Below are positions 1-13,567 of a stretch of 64,000 bases of DNA, piece by piece. The notes under the pieces are model-generated. The model was not told where the DNA came from. It saw only the letters and a list, made by a program, of their open reading frames with translations, and made no database searches. Location of the stretch: contig JAUPSS010000001.1 in assembly GCA_040285825.1 (NCBI GenBank), forward strand, positions 2,976,001-3,040,000, read 5' to 3'. This stretch comes from Eukaryota sp. TZLM1-RC. Its lineage: Eukaryota; Protista; Metamonada: BaSk clade. Position 1 is the first letter of the stretch; every line of letters begins with the position of its first letter. The position numbers were made by a program, and so were the translations under genes.

Positions 1-2
1 GA

Positions 3-1055
3 TGGTAAAAAGCGTTGCCTATTCACATTATCAAGGGCAAGACGAGGAACATTGCAAAGAAGAGGAGAGGAAGTGGGTTGCTGGAGTGAATCAATAGAAG
101 TGAGCATTACATCTGAGATAGAACAGTCGTATTCGTCCTCATCAATAGACATTGAACTCTTGGCTCTAGACCCATGACTCACTGGCTCATTACTTTCAGA
201 CTGAGGAGAATGTTGAACATGGGGAGAGGGGAAGCGTGGAACGGAATTGGATTGCTCAACATCATCATCTTGTATTTCACCTTTTTCCTCTTGCATTTTC
301 TCTTGCATATTGTAATGATCATCATCAGTAGAATCATCACTATCAGATGTTACAGTAGTTTTTTGAACACTTGTGTTATGGAGATGGGACATGACTAAGT
401 AGCAGATAAGATGGATTACACTTTGGGAATAGGAACCCTCGCTTTGATTCACTTCTGGAACAACCACCGACTTTGTGTTAGGAGGGTTATTAATAGCAAC
501 AGATAGTCTTTTAAGAGCCATCATAGTTGGAGGAAATGACAACTCTTTAGCAAGACAATAATCATCCAGAATGGCAGGACGTCCCGACAAAAGCCAGTAC
601 ACAAGAGAAGCAACAATTTCTGGGGAAGGTTCAAGAAAATTTTGACATTTGCATAGATTATGATGTGGTTCTAAAGACATAGATGTGATTGAGTCATCAG
701 GAAAGTGGTTCCTGGATATAGTGTGTGATACTGAATCAATCGATATAGGATGGTTGTGGATACGGACTTCATTCGGATTATTTGCTTTCTGCTCCTGTAC
801 ACTGTCTTCAATTTGATTACATGGGTGCTGCTGCGCAAGATGGTACGGATTTGACATAGTTTCATTATCAGAATCTGACTCGAGTACCAACAACTGATCA
901 GTAACATGGTTAGAGTTTTGGGAAGAACCTGGTTGATGGTTGAAGTTGATAGCTTTATCCTGTGAAGTATACCTGGTATCTGCTATAGAGACAGGGGTTG
1001 CTCCTGTCCTTCTAACATATGTATCTTGGGCCGTTAACTCATCGCTTGAACTCAT
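3..1055 (-). CDS. Hypothetical Ser/acidic-rich protein, 5' part; runs off the left edge of the window
   Basis: Manual translation from ATG 1055 (MSSSDELTAQDTYVRR...) stays open to the window edge. It is absent from the ORF track because no stop codon lies in the window. No family motif recognised. Confidence 0.6.
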   Translation of the reverse strand, partial: MSSSDELTAQDTYVRRTGATPVSIADTRYTSQDKAINFNHQPGSSQNSNHVTDQLLVLESDSDNETMSNPYHLAQQHPCNQIEDSVQEQKANNPNEVRIHNHPISIDSVSHTISRNHFPDDSITSMSLEPHHNLCKCQNFLEPSPEIVASLVYWLLSGRPAILDDYCLAKELSFPPTMMALKRLSVAINNPPNTKSVVVPEVNQSEGSYSQSVIHLICYLVMSHLHNTSVQKTTVTSDSDDSTDDDHYNMQEKMQEEKGEIQDDDVEQSNSVPRFPSPHVQHSPQSESNEPVSHGSRAKSSMSIDEDEYDCSISDVMLTSIDSLQQPTSSPLLCNVPRLALDNVNRQRFLP

Positions 1056-1495
1056 GATTCAAGAAGTGAAAAATTTAATCTTGTTACAAAAAGGGTTTGT
1101 TTCTCATCATCATCCACCATTTATCACGAGACTACACCGAAAGTACCATTGTCATTGTTGTGGTGAGAATCCTTTTGTTGAATCAACTTATTAGTTAATG
1201 AAAATGTATTTTGTTCATTGGTTTTATATATACATACAGTTGAACATTGTGTTGACCAAACTGCCACAATGGGTAGAAATTCAGATAATTTCTGCTGTTT
1301 AAATGTTATCAATGTTAATTCAATAAACACAGGAGTCATACACCCTCTTGCTCTGGCATTGATGTAAAGAAACAACGATGACAAAATAGTGCAGTTTCTT
1401 CTATTTAATGTGATTTAGATTGGATAGGAAACATTTTGACAATGCTAATTTGTTTTGAGTTTTGAAATTTAATTGTCAATTTGTGGTATTTACCA

Positions 1496-3442
1496 ATGTC
1501 GCTGAATGAACTCCCATTGAAGCATCGCAACTCTTACAACTCTCTCATCAAGCATTTTGAGTCAAAAAACTACAAAAAGGCTCTAAAACTTGCCGATCAG
1601 ATCTTGGCAGCACATCCCCGTAATGGCGATACGATTGCTTTCAAAGCACTGGTCATGTCTACCCAAAACCCCAAAAAACTACCAGAAGCCTTTCCACTTG
1701 CTAGAGAAGCCATCAAATGTAACATAAAAGGTCACATCCCGTGGCATGTCCTTGGTCTCCTACACAAAGCCAAGGGAGAGTATCCACTAGCCTTAAAAGC
1801 CTTTAAGACTGCACTGAAGCACGATCCAAGCAACCCCCAAATACTCAAAGACACTGGCCTTCTTCAAACTCACCTTCGGGACTACACCGGGTTGGTAGAG
1901 ACCCGTAGAACCACACTTACGGAGAACCCAAGACCAGCCAACAATTGGTACCAGTTCGCAGTTGCTCACCATATGAACGGCAATTTTGAAGGCACTGTGG
2001 AAGTTTTAAAGGACTTCCTAGATACAGTCAAGGGAAGTGATACCCGCACTGCAGTGGAAAAATCAGAAGTTTATCTCTATTATGCCGAACTACTTTTAAA
2101 AACAAGAAAATATAGTGATTTGAAGCAGTTATTGTTAAACCACGAGGCTGAAATACTTGATGTTTTTGAAGTATTAAAAATTAAATCTGTTTTAGCAAAG
2201 TTTGGATATTGGGATGGACAAGAAAAGGATTATTTGTTTGAATTGATTGAATTAAATTCAGACAATAGATTGTTTTTGGAGAATTATCTGAGTTTATTTG
2301 ATGATGAAAATGAAGGAATTAGCCAACTATTAGCTAATTTTCCCAAAAGTGTGGCAGTCTGGAATTTGTACCTTGAATTCAATACTGAAAATCCAAAGTT
2401 TGACTCAATTCTTGAACTTTTTATCACCAAATTCTCAGTTCCTCCACTGTCCAATATGCTTCTAGGTTTATGTGACAAGTTTCCAGAAGTTTCCGAAAAG
2501 GTCAAAAAGGGTCTGGAGACTTCTCTTGAAACTTTCCGATCTGAATCTGACTGGGTCAAGGCATCCTGGACAGCTTTTGCTTTGGCCAATGTCATTCTTG
2601 AAAAGTCTGACAAAGGTCAATCAAAGTCTGATGAACTGTTGAACCTTTCTGAGCTTGTCAATGAGCTCTTCTCATCAGCAAACCTATCTGATCCTGAATC
2701 TTTTATAATTCGTGCCAAAATTTTCTGCGTAATGGGCCAAATGTCTCAAGCCTGCTCTGAAATGGAAAAGGCGCGCAATGCTGATCCAGGTGATAGGTTT
2801 ATTAATCATTTGTCAGTCGAGATCCTTCTTGATTCAGGCTTGATTGATGACGCCATTGATCTTTCCAGAAATTTTTGTGCCAAGGACACTTCTAGGTCAA
2901 CTTATTTTAAAAATATTCAGGATTATCAAGCCTCTTTTCTTCATTTAATGTATGGAAAGGCTTATTTAAAACAACAGGCTTTTGATAAGGCTTTGGTGCA
3001 ATTTAATTCTATTTTGAATCATTATGAGGATTATGTTGGTGAATTTTTCGATTTTCATTTGTACTGTGTTTCGAGAGGTTACCTTCGATCTTACGTGTCA
3101 GCATTGGGTTCAATACATGAGTATAAGAAATCAAAATTTTATTTAGAAGCTCTGGTCAATTTAATTAGTATTTATTCAGAATTGAGCACTAATTCTGAGC
3201 TTCATGTCAGACTTTTGGACTCTGCTCGACGTTCCCAAGTTGATGAAGGCCATGAGAATTCGCATGAAAATGATGATGAATATGTTAAAAGATTTGATTT
3301 GGTTTATTTATTAGAAAAGAATCCACAAGAGGAAATGTCTCGTTTAGTCTTGGAAGGTAAGAAGTTGATTGATAGTTTCAATGATAGTCAAAAAGCTAGT
3401 TTTGTTGATTTGATTAAGCAATTTGATAATGTTTCTAAATAA
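1496..3442 (+). CDS. NAA15: N-terminal acetyltransferase A auxiliary subunit (NatA, Nat1/NAA15), TPR protein
   Basis: N-terminus FESKNYKKALKLADQIL..P.NGDT.AFKAL, WHVLGLL, ALKHDPSNPQILKD..LLQ..LRDY and later FDFHLYC..RG..RSYV match the NatA auxiliary subunit family. First ATG at 1496. Confidence 0.92.
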   Translation: MSLNELPLKHRNSYNSLIKHFESKNYKKALKLADQILAAHPRNGDTIAFKALVMSTQNPKKLPEAFPLAREAIKCNIKGHIPWHVLGLLHKAKGEYPLALKAFKTALKHDPSNPQILKDTGLLQTHLRDYTGLVETRRTTLTENPRPANNWYQFAVAHHMNGNFEGTVEVLKDFLDTVKGSDTRTAVEKSEVYLYYAELLLKTRKYSDLKQLLLNHEAEILDVFEVLKIKSVLAKFGYWDGQEKDYLFELIELNSDNRLFLENYLSLFDDENEGISQLLANFPKSVAVWNLYLEFNTENPKFDSILELFITKFSVPPLSNMLLGLCDKFPEVSEKVKKGLETSLETFRSESDWVKASWTAFALANVILEKSDKGQSKSDELLNLSELVNELFSSANLSDPESFIIRAKIFCVMGQMSQACSEMEKARNADPGDRFINHLSVEILLDSGLIDDAIDLSRNFCAKDTSRSTYFKNIQDYQASFLHLMYGKAYLKQQAFDKALVQFNSILNHYEDYVGEFFDFHLYCVSRGYLRSYVSALGSIHEYKKSKFYLEALVNLISIYSELSTNSELHVRLLDSARRSQVDEGHENSHENDDEYVKRFDLVYLLEKNPQEEMSRLVLEGKKLIDSFNDSQKASFVDLIKQFDNVSK

Positions 3443-4037
3443 ATTGTTTTTAATACTTTAATAATACTGAATTGAACAACATCAAGAAACATTTTCTTTT
3501 GTTGTTGTTTGCTTTGTGATATCCAAATACCATTGTACTTCATGTACCGATCACAACAAGCATTGACAAGAGCTGTTTGTCGATGAACATCAGTTCTATG
3601 TCTGGAAAAACTCTTGCCGTGCATTGATGAAAAACTTAGATGAACTACTAAAGTTCACCAATTCCTTGATAATTTAGATTATGGGTTTTCAGATTAGCTC
3701 AGGTCAATGGGAAAGGGATTAGACGATCCCAGAGATTTCTAGGCGACAAAATGAAAAGGAGACATGATTGTGTTATAGTTGCATCCAAGATCGCCTTTTA
3801 GTGAACTATCTGATAGTTACATAAAGTGATCCACTGAAAGTAACACTGGTGCAGAAAACAATAAGGTCGTGTATTGTTTAAAGATGAACATCTAGTAAGA
3901 GAACACAACATGAATGTATCTCCTACTAGGTTACATGATGAAAGGATAATATGATAGGCAATGAGATATCTGACAACACATAGATATCTGTCAAGTATTT
4001 ACGTTCGCAAAGAAGAATTTTTCATCGTTAATTCTGA

Positions 4038-5424
<1,387 letters not shown>

Positions 5425-5701
5425 GTGGCTTTTTGTTGTAAATAAATAATCCGTTGTCATTATTTTCTTTGTGAATCTTTTTATTTCACGTTTTACCTTC
5501 ACATTTATCTATTAATAGACATTTGGTGTTAATGATACACCATACCAAAAGAGCTTTCATTATGTTCACATCACCTCCACAATTTGTTCTCAAAACAGAT
5601 TAAAACATCATTATTGTCATTAATCATTGATCAGAAAATTTTCAGAAATTTCCAAATGGGTCACAATCTTGTTGAAAAACTTCATGCACTCCATCAATAC
5701 T

Positions 5702-8449
5702 AATATTCTTCTTCAGGTGTTAAACAAGGCGATCCACTTGGTCCTTTTTTCTTTTGTCTGGCAATTCATCGATTAATGTGCGAATTAAAAGAAAAATTCC
5801 CACAAATAGATATTGTAGCATATATGGATGACATTTCTGTAATTGCTCCTATTACAATTCTCAAACAAATAGCAACTTTTATTCAACAGCGTTATGAAGA
5901 TATTGGTCTCTCATTGAATATCTCCAAATGTTTGATTATTGGCCATGAACCAATTGATTTTTTCATTAATGATGTCAATGTCCCCTTTATCAACTATGAT
6001 CAGTCTGGTTTTCGTTTTTTGGATTGTTATCTCGGAAATATTGATGAAATCAAAGGCCAACTTTCGACTCTGTTGACTCAATTTGGAAATGAATTAGAAT
6101 CAATAGAAAATTTAAATATTTTTTACAAATATTTTTATTCAACAACAAATATGAAATACACAATTAAAACTCCACATCCTCAAAACCTGCTTCCCCTACA
6201 TCAAAACAATTAATTGCTAAAGATTCAGAAAATTTCCCAAAAGAAGATAGTGAATCAGAAATTAGTTTTACCATTCCCTTAAAAATAGAAAATACAATCC
6301 TGTTTTGCCATTAAACACGATTGAAAATTCTTCCAGTTCTTTCCTTTACAACTACAACAAAATCCTCAAGGAAAGCCATAGCAGCCTTACCTAGAGATCC
6401 AAGCAAAGAAAAAACAAATGGACATAAATTATATTGGGCATGAGAATTTTCATTAACCGAGGAAATGGGTTTCGCATGTTTAGCAATTTTATATTTTTCG
6501 TTTGCAAGAAGAGGATTATTTACATCCGAGTTAATTAGATGTTCGTTAGAGGAATTACAAGGGTCAATAGACATGGCATCCAAAATAGTAAAACTACCAT
6601 TTCAACCAGGAACAACTAGATCACCTCTAGTCAGACCCATAGAAGCTCTGTTGTAACGCGTACTATCAATATTGGGATCATGAAGAATTAATTTTGATAA
6701 CAGCGGTTCTAAAAAGGAATCTACTCGATATGATTTGGACATTACATAAATTTGGTCCCTGACGTTATTATGCACTTTGCTTCTAAACGTAATGAATTGT
6801 TTACAGTTCAAAAGATAAGTAAACAAAAGAGGTTTACCACATTTACAAGTTAAATGATTGGGTAAATTGTTTGGCCACAGAAAACAACGAAAACGCATGT
6901 TTAGAAGCCATTCATTGTTTTTTAACAAAAGTCCATAAACAGAGGGAACTTGAGTTACAAAAGCAGCAGCTGAACTATCACGAATATCCCTTAAAAAATT
7001 ACCGAAAGCGGGATTATTAGTTTTGGCCAAGCCAAGTCTTACTTCATATTCTAAATTTAAATATTGAGAAACTTTGGAAATTCTTTTTCCTAAAATTTTG
7101 TTATTCTGGAAAATTTACTCATATTTTGAGATCAAAATCACCATCAATTTCTTTGGAGTTTTGTCGAATTTTTAATGAACAAAGAACCAATTCTTTAGCA
7201 AAATTATTGGAAATTGATGCATCTCAGTTACGAAGCCACATTTTTTGTGGTACAAATTTTGGTGGTGTTGATTTTCATAAATCAAGCTACCTTTGTAATG
7301 CTGCCTTTGTTGGAGGTGGAAAGAATTTTATTTTAGAATTTGTGAATCGTTTTCCTGAAAAAATTCATCTCATTGAAAATTGTGGCAGCTCTTATCTTAT
7401 TTCTTTGCAACAAGAAATTGAAACTCTTTTACCCAATATTTGGTCTAAATGTTTCCCCTCTGATATTGTGGAACTTCCTCCAAGAAGCTTGCTTTCCTTA
7501 CCACTGACTTTTGCAAAATTGCAGAAAACAATCTTGAAAGTTTTAGAAAACTTGGATCATAATGTACGTCTTAGCTTGGCTGAAGAAAAAAATCCCGTTT
7601 TTGCAAATTTTTTGAATGATCATGAAGACAGTTGCTCAAGTTGCCTAATCTCCCAAATTCCCAACATTTATGGCCTTCTACTTAATGATCACCAATTGAC
7701 CACTGCAATGAGAATGAGATGTTTTCTATGGCCTTGTTCTTTACCAAATGATTTAATTTGTCGCTGAAAGAGTGTTGTTTCCCATATTTTAAACTGTAAG
7801 TATTTTATAACTTATCGCTCAATTGTTCACGACTCAGTTCGTGATCAATTATATGCCATGTGCAAAAGTTTCAATATAGAGGCATTTATTGAGCCATTAG
7901 TACGTAAGCTGTCTTCAGATCAAACTGATGATTCCTTTGGTAAAAGAAGGGTAGATTTAGTAGCTCCAGGGATCGATGGTGTTCTCAATGTTGTAGATGT
8001 TGTCTCTGTTGATGTTTGCAAAAATTCTGCTGCTCGTTTAGTGTATTGAGCTGATTCGCCGTTATCTAACGCCGAAAAAATGAAGATAAAAAAATATGAA
8101 GAACCTTTGGCACAGTTAGGTAGAGTGGAACATGTGAAATATCAGTTTGTGCTTTTTGCAATTTCTCTTTTTGGCAATATTGGACCTGCAGGGTTGCACT
8201 TTTTTGAAAATTTCTAAAAGTGTTACTGAATAGGTCTGGTAAAACAATGAATTCCACGTTCTGGTTAAATAGAATTCTTTTTTGCTCTTTCAAGTCTATT
8301 CCAACAATGATTTCAAAGGCACTTTTAGCTATTGGTGTAGAAAATGAACGTAATGCTGTGAGTAGGTTTAGTAATAGTGACGCTTGTTTGGAGGATATTG
8401 AATTCTAGATGGGTTTTTTTATCTCAATAAATATTCCAGTTAAAAAAAT
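5702..8449 (+). mobile_element. 5'-truncated, decayed CRE-like non-LTR retrotransposon (RT + RLE endonuclease), family A, interrupted by a nested element
   Basis: GVKQGDPLGPFFFCL, AYMDD, CCHC-like knuckle, HDSVRD, R.DL..VDV RLE motifs and an A-rich 3' tail. Candidate TSD atcaatact at 5693-5701 and 8450-8458. Closely similar to 61617-63643. Confidence 0.88.
6121..7052 (-). mobile_element. 5'-truncated CRE-like non-LTR retrotransposon (second family) nested inside the family A copy
   Basis: CKCG...LLNC, HNNVRDQ, RGDL, D.MSIDP, CPFVFSLLGSLG motifs. 13-bp TSD aaatttaaatatt at 6108-6120 and 7053-7065. The host element sequence resumes after it. Confidence 0.87.
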
Positions 8450-8872
8450 ATCAATACTTAAGTTTCATGTGTCCCTTAATTTTCAATTTATTGATCTGAT
8501 GGGCAATTTGCTTCATTATATGGCTTCTTCTGCTCTTCTAGTTTGTCTAAAAAATGAGTTTCCAATTACGTGAAAGTTCATCTTAAAAAGTAGTTGATTT
8601 TTTCCGTTTTGTGTTGCATTTGTCAATGAAGATTTGCTACCGATGCTGGGTATAGAATAATGACATCAGGGTTACCCTTTGCACTGTACAAGATTACAAT
8701 GAAGAAAGTAAAGCATTACCGCTGGAATAAAATGATTAAATGTATCAGATGTTGAGCTCAATTTGGAAAGCGACATTGGAGCGCTACTTTAACCATTACT
8801 TGGTGGTTTCCAAATACAATGTTGACAATTATATTCTCAATGTAATATACGAGAATGCATTGAAATTCGTTC

Positions 8873-9525
8873 CTTTTTTTTATTTTTTTATCAAAAACCA
8901 ATAAATCAACATCTAAATAATCCATCTCTCCCAAAACAAAAACACTAGATGCAAATCTTTCATAGTGAGATCCAAGAGAAAGGAAAGCATCAGAAACCAT
9001 CTTCAACATCCCCTTCAAAATAGAAAACACAATTCTATTTTGCCAAAACAATCTGTTGAAATTTCTGTTAGTTCTTCTCTTTACAATCATTTTACAATCT
9101 GCCAAATAGGTATGGCAGTGGGAGCAATTGAACCAGATAGAAAAAATACAAATGGATGCAAATTGTATTTTGCATACTGTTGGCTGGAAATTTTGATAAA
9201 GGTTCATTGTATTTTTTGAATTTGAAATTTTCAGCATTTGAGAACGATCATGAATTTCAGAATTAGCGAGTCTTTCATTTGAGACATTACAAGGATCAAC
9301 AGACATTACATCCACTGAAATGAAGCTTCCATCAAGTCCAGGTAATATTAGATCACCTCTATTATTCTTATGAAGATCATCTTCAGTATCAAACAGATTT
9401 GACAACAGAGGTTCCAAAAAGGATTCAATTCTATGAGACTTACACATACAATATAATTGGTCTCTTGCAGCATCGTGAACCTTGCTTCTAAAAGTAATAG
9501 AATCCTTACAATTTAACAAATGAGT
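8873..9525 (-). mobile_element. 3' fragment of CRE-like RLE retrotransposon (family C)
   Basis: HLLNC..ITFRSKVHDAARDQLY, RGDLILPG..VDVMSVDP. Near-identical relatives at 33455-33950 and 50715-51265. Ends approximate. Confidence 0.85.
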
Positions 9526-9673
9526 ACCATAAACATGAGGAATTGTTGTTACTAAGGCAGAAGAAGCACTCTATTCTATTTGCATCAGAGAAGTGAAAGG
9601 TAGAACACCAGCAGATTTATTAGGTGAAAACAACAATCCTTTACAATTTTGCATTGTCATATTGTTTACTGAG

Positions 9674-10204
9674 ATGGGTGTACGTTGTCTTGTGTTGTTG
9701 GAGTCTGATTATGATACAATCTTCCAGCTTTTGAGACGATTGAACCACACGACCCACATTCAAACAGTCAATATGTCATTTAGACGATATCTTGATAAAA
9801 CCAAACAAACTCACCCGATTCTTACAATGACTTACGAAAATGGATCTATAGGGGTATCTTCAAACAACAACATCCTATCAGGTGACTCTGAGTTGTTGAA
9901 CGTACTACATAGGGGAAGATTACGATTTGGTTTTGAAGGTAGACAGGAACAACCTCTTCAAGGCCATTCTTTTCGTATTAACGACTTCAAAGTTACACTG
10001 CTACAATATGGAAACAAGCTTGCTGCAGAAGTTGAATACATCCCTCTTCAAGTTTATCTTGATTCAGTTGCTTTCATACTGGAGGAGTTCATTCACAATC
10101 TGTTTAGTTCAATAAAATATGACGGAATCTTTGTACCAAAGGGTATGGAGAGTGATGGCGATCTATTAGCACGGTCTTTTCTCTACTTTAAACTATTGAA
10201 ATAG
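9674..10204 (+). CDS. MED20: Mediator subunit Med20-like protein
   Basis: MGVRC start, G.SF.INDF.V and AEVEYIP...ILEEF motifs, about 176 aa. Resembles the Med20 (CYTH-like fold) family. Confidence 0.6.
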   Translation: MGVRCLVLLESDYDTIFQLLRRLNHTTHIQTVNMSFRRYLDKTKQTHPILTMTYENGSIGVSSNNNILSGDSELLNVLHRGRLRFGFEGRQEQPLQGHSFRINDFKVTLLQYGNKLAAEVEYIPLQVYLDSVAFILEEFIHNLFSSIKYDGIFVPKGMESDGDLLARSFLYFKLLK

Positions 10205-10499
10205 AAACAAGGTTTTGGTTGGCAGTTCTATACTGTTTAGGATGCTTGAAACAATGGTGTAATGTAGCTATAAAAGGTCCAATGTGGTTTGAATTTTATT
10301 GTGTATTTAATGGAATAAGTTTAATTTATTTTGATTAGTATTACTTCCAAATGTAAAACGTCAAAAATAATAAAATACTTCAATTCTGCTACTCCCAGTT
10401 GTTTCAGACAAGTGCACAATTTTATCGAAAACTACAAAAAACACGAATAAAATAAAATGGGCAATTGAAGTAAAATATAATGATCAAAATTTTAAAAAA

Positions 10500-12938
10500 T
10501 TAGAGCAAATTTTCATTTTTATATAAAGAACCCATTAAAGGATCAAAAGTGAAAAATTGATCTTCGTCAACCTTTATCTTAAAAAATGAGTTGTGATCCA
10601 CAAAACCTTGAAAACCAGGTAATTCTTGCTCAATTATTAATTCAATCGACTTGAATTTACAATCAAACTCACAAAACTGACTAAATTTAAATAATTTAAA
10701 TATAGAAGGATCGTGGCCAATTAACCCTATAAACAAGTCATCAAACAATTTGATTTGAATAGAAACAACTCCGAAATCATCAAAATCTACAGTATTTGCT
10801 AAAAATATTTTATCATTTGATAATTTATAAAGTAGTAATTGATTTGAAGAAATTCCTGATATAAAATTATCCACGCAAGCAAAAACACGACTTATTGGGA
10901 CTTTGAAAAAGCTAAAGGAAATTGATTGGCGATTTGATTGATGGCGATGGGCAACAAAGCGACTGAGTTCGATCACTCCAGCATACAATCCAATGCAGTT
11001 GTTCTTTAATACTTGACACAATATAAAATTCAGCAATGAACCAGTGGTAAAAACTGAAAAATGACAAGGTTGAAAGGCGAGAACACCGGAATGGAGAGAA
11101 ATGGGATCATCAAAAACTTTGAGAAAATGATTGAATTTCCTCAATTGTATAACAAAATTCTTGGAATGAATACATAACTGACAAAGAAATGAAGAATTAA
11201 TCAATTTGGAATAAAAAACTGTTGGGAAATACACCACATTATCCATTAATGAATGTAATAAAGGCACACGGTAATCAGATTGAAATTCATAAAAACATAG
11301 CCAAAGTTGATCTCCAAAGGTGAAAAGTAAAGGAGAAGTGTTGGATATAGATTTGAGGCAGTGAATGAAAGAGTTGAACGGAAAGAAGAGACGTTCAAAA
11401 TGAAGAGATGATGGGTCAAAATGATCAAGAAATCCAATCACATTTGATTGTACAAAATGTATTAATGACCAATCTCTAGTTGAGTTGAGAAGATGAAAAT
11501 TTCCAAAATTTGACAAATTAAGATCACCAACCAATTTGAAATAATAATTCCCCTTTTCCAGAACAATTTCAGTAACTAATAAGAAAGTTCCTGATTGAAT
11601 TATCGCAAAATTCTCTGAAAAATGAATTAATTTCGAAAAATGCTGAATTTTAGAACAATTCCATGTGTAAAGAGCAGTGAACATGGAATTTTCCAAAATA
11701 TAAACAGCTAATTGGCCAGTAAAACAAAAAAGAACCAAATTCTCGCAGGAAGAAGCAGAAAAATATTCAAAATCATTGAGATTTAAATCAATTGTTAAAT
11801 TTGTAATGTCAATAGTAAAACTAAATAAATCTTCAATTCTGCAATGTAAAACAATTTTAGAGATTTGGTCACCATAAAAGCAGATTAATTCAACAATTTC
11901 ATTACCATTTTGACAAATATCTGATAGTAATAAAACCATGAAAACATCAGTCTCAAATGGAAAGAAATAATCAAAAGAATTCTTATCAGAATCAAGCAAA
12001 GTCAAACTAGTTTTGGAACAGATCAGAAAATGGTCAGATTTCAGTTGAAATCCATCAATGAGACCAAAGATATCGAGATTTAAACCATTTAAAATGCAAA
12101 ATTTGTTGTATATATAATTAAAATTAAAATGAAATAGCTTTGAATCAGAAACTACAAGAGAAAATTCTGGAAATTGAAACAAATTTTCTTGATTAATACC
12201 AATCAAATTTAGTGGAATAGGCAAAGTGACTGATGAACTGATAGGTTTCAAACCGTCCCAATCAACTTCCTGATTGACAATCAAATATGACGTGTCTTTT
12301 GAGTTGAAATCAATGGATTTCAATTGGTTAGCCTCAACAAAGTAAAACGATTCTTTTTCAAAATAAACAGGATTAATTATTGAATTGAAGCTTAATTCAT
12401 TTTTCAAAATGAACCTATTTGAAAATAATCTAACATTGTAATCAGAGCAAATACAAAAGTTTTCAGAAGCTGAAAACACCTTGGGTTGATTAATAAACCA
12501 AGAAGATTCAAAAACAGGATCTTGATGGATGAACAAAGAATTGGAATTGAATAAAAAGCCTTGAATTTTGTATTTAGAATGGGAAAAACAACATAATAAG
12601 AGACAATTAAAAGGGTGAATGTTGGGCAAGATAACGAAAGAGACAACATCCGAAGAAACTTTATGTGAAAACTGTTTCATGATAGACGAACCATCATCTG
12701 AAAGAAAGAACAAGGACTGTGATGTGAGACAGACTGGAGCATCATTGAACAAACTTAAAAGAGGGTGTGAAAGGTTTTCATGAAGGATGACGTGTTGAGA
12801 GGATGAAGCAACACCAAGTGTAGAATCAGTGGTATAAAAGATAGTATGATTCGAGTGGATGGAGGAAGTGACTTGTGAGGTGGTACTGATGGTAAATAGG
12901 GTGTCTCTATGGACATGGAGAAGTGTGGTGGTCACCAT
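10500..12938 (-). CDS. Hypothetical 812-aa beta-strand-rich protein (possibly a divergent multi-beta-propeller)
   Basis: Long uninterrupted ORF with ATG start and short alternating hydrophobic segments. No motif confidently recognised. Confidence 0.6.
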   Translation of the reverse strand: MVTTTLLHVHRDTLFTISTTSQVTSSIHSNHTIFYTTDSTLGVASSSQHVILHENLSHPLLSLFNDAPVCLTSQSLFFLSDDGSSIMKQFSHKVSSDVVSFVILPNIHPFNCLLLCCFSHSKYKIQGFLFNSNSLFIHQDPVFESSWFINQPKVFSASENFCICSDYNVRLFSNRFILKNELSFNSIINPVYFEKESFYFVEANQLKSIDFNSKDTSYLIVNQEVDWDGLKPISSSVTLPIPLNLIGINQENLFQFPEFSLVVSDSKLFHFNFNYIYNKFCILNGLNLDIFGLIDGFQLKSDHFLICSKTSLTLLDSDKNSFDYFFPFETDVFMVLLLSDICQNGNEIVELICFYGDQISKIVLHCRIEDLFSFTIDITNLTIDLNLNDFEYFSASSCENLVLFCFTGQLAVYILENSMFTALYTWNCSKIQHFSKLIHFSENFAIIQSGTFLLVTEIVLEKGNYYFKLVGDLNLSNFGNFHLLNSTRDWSLIHFVQSNVIGFLDHFDPSSLHFERLFFPFNSFIHCLKSISNTSPLLFTFGDQLWLCFYEFQSDYRVPLLHSLMDNVVYFPTVFYSKLINSSFLCQLCIHSKNFVIQLRKFNHFLKVFDDPISLHSGVLAFQPCHFSVFTTGSLLNFILCQVLKNNCIGLYAGVIELSRFVAHRHQSNRQSISFSFFKVPISRVFACVDNFISGISSNQLLLYKLSNDKIFLANTVDFDDFGVVSIQIKLFDDLFIGLIGHDPSIFKLFKFSQFCEFDCKFKSIELIIEQELPGFQGFVDHNSFFKIKVDEDQFFTFDPLMGSLYKNENLL

Positions 12939-13090
12939 GAATCATTTAAAGGTTATGTACAAGTGCAAATGTGTCTCAAAAATAACAAAAAAAATTTAAA
13001 CAAAAATAATGAAAAACCTTTATTAAAAGCCGAAAATAATACAAACAAAAGAAGGAGAAGGAGAAGGAGAAAAAGAAGAAGTGATGCATC

Positions 13091-13567
13091 TTAAACATCG
13101 TAATCATGATACAAAAAGTTTCTACGTTTTATCGCCTTGATGTTGTTCAAGTATCTGATGAGTTGCTTTTCTATGCGAGGAGCAGCTCCACCAAAGACAA
13201 CGAAACGCGAGAGCGGGAATGTGAAAAAGACAAAAATACATGCACGAGAAAGAGGCCAAGCTATGTGAGCAGCAACGTACTTGCAGAGATAGACTGTGAG
13301 AAACATGTGCATGGTAGCTCCACTCCAGCACAGGAAGAAGTAGAAGAGAACAGAGTATAAACGGGAAACAGGGAAACGATTGTATATGTATTTGCTGCAG
13401 CAGACATAGTGTAAACTACCTCCGAGTATGGCCCCCAACATTGCCGATGTAGAGACCGAGCCGGTGATGTGGTTCGAAACTGCAAATACTAAGGCATCAA
13501 AGAAAGTGGCTGCTATGGAAGACAGAGTGGAACGCCCGAGATCAAACAACAACGACGCCTTAGACAT
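13091..13567 (-). CDS. GtrA-like 4-TM small membrane protein
   Basis: Four hydrophobic segments with the GtrA pattern AT..D..VF / A..G...G....Y...S..Y / ..SR......F..SR.VVF; 158 aa. Confidence 0.65.
   Translation of the reverse strand: MSKASLLFDLGRSTLSSIAATFFDALVFAVSNHITGSVSTSAMLGAILGGSLHYVCCSKYIYNRFPVSRLYSVLFYFFLCWSGATMHMFLTVYLCKYVAAHIAWPLSRACIFVFFTFPLSRFVVFGGAAPRIEKQLIRYLNNIKAIKRRNFLYHDYDV

Noticed and set aside
3930-3995. Possible C/D-box snoRNA (atgatga...ctga) upstream of polyubiquitin
   Set aside because: The boxes are only about 30 nt apart, and I found no terminal stem or recognisable guide.
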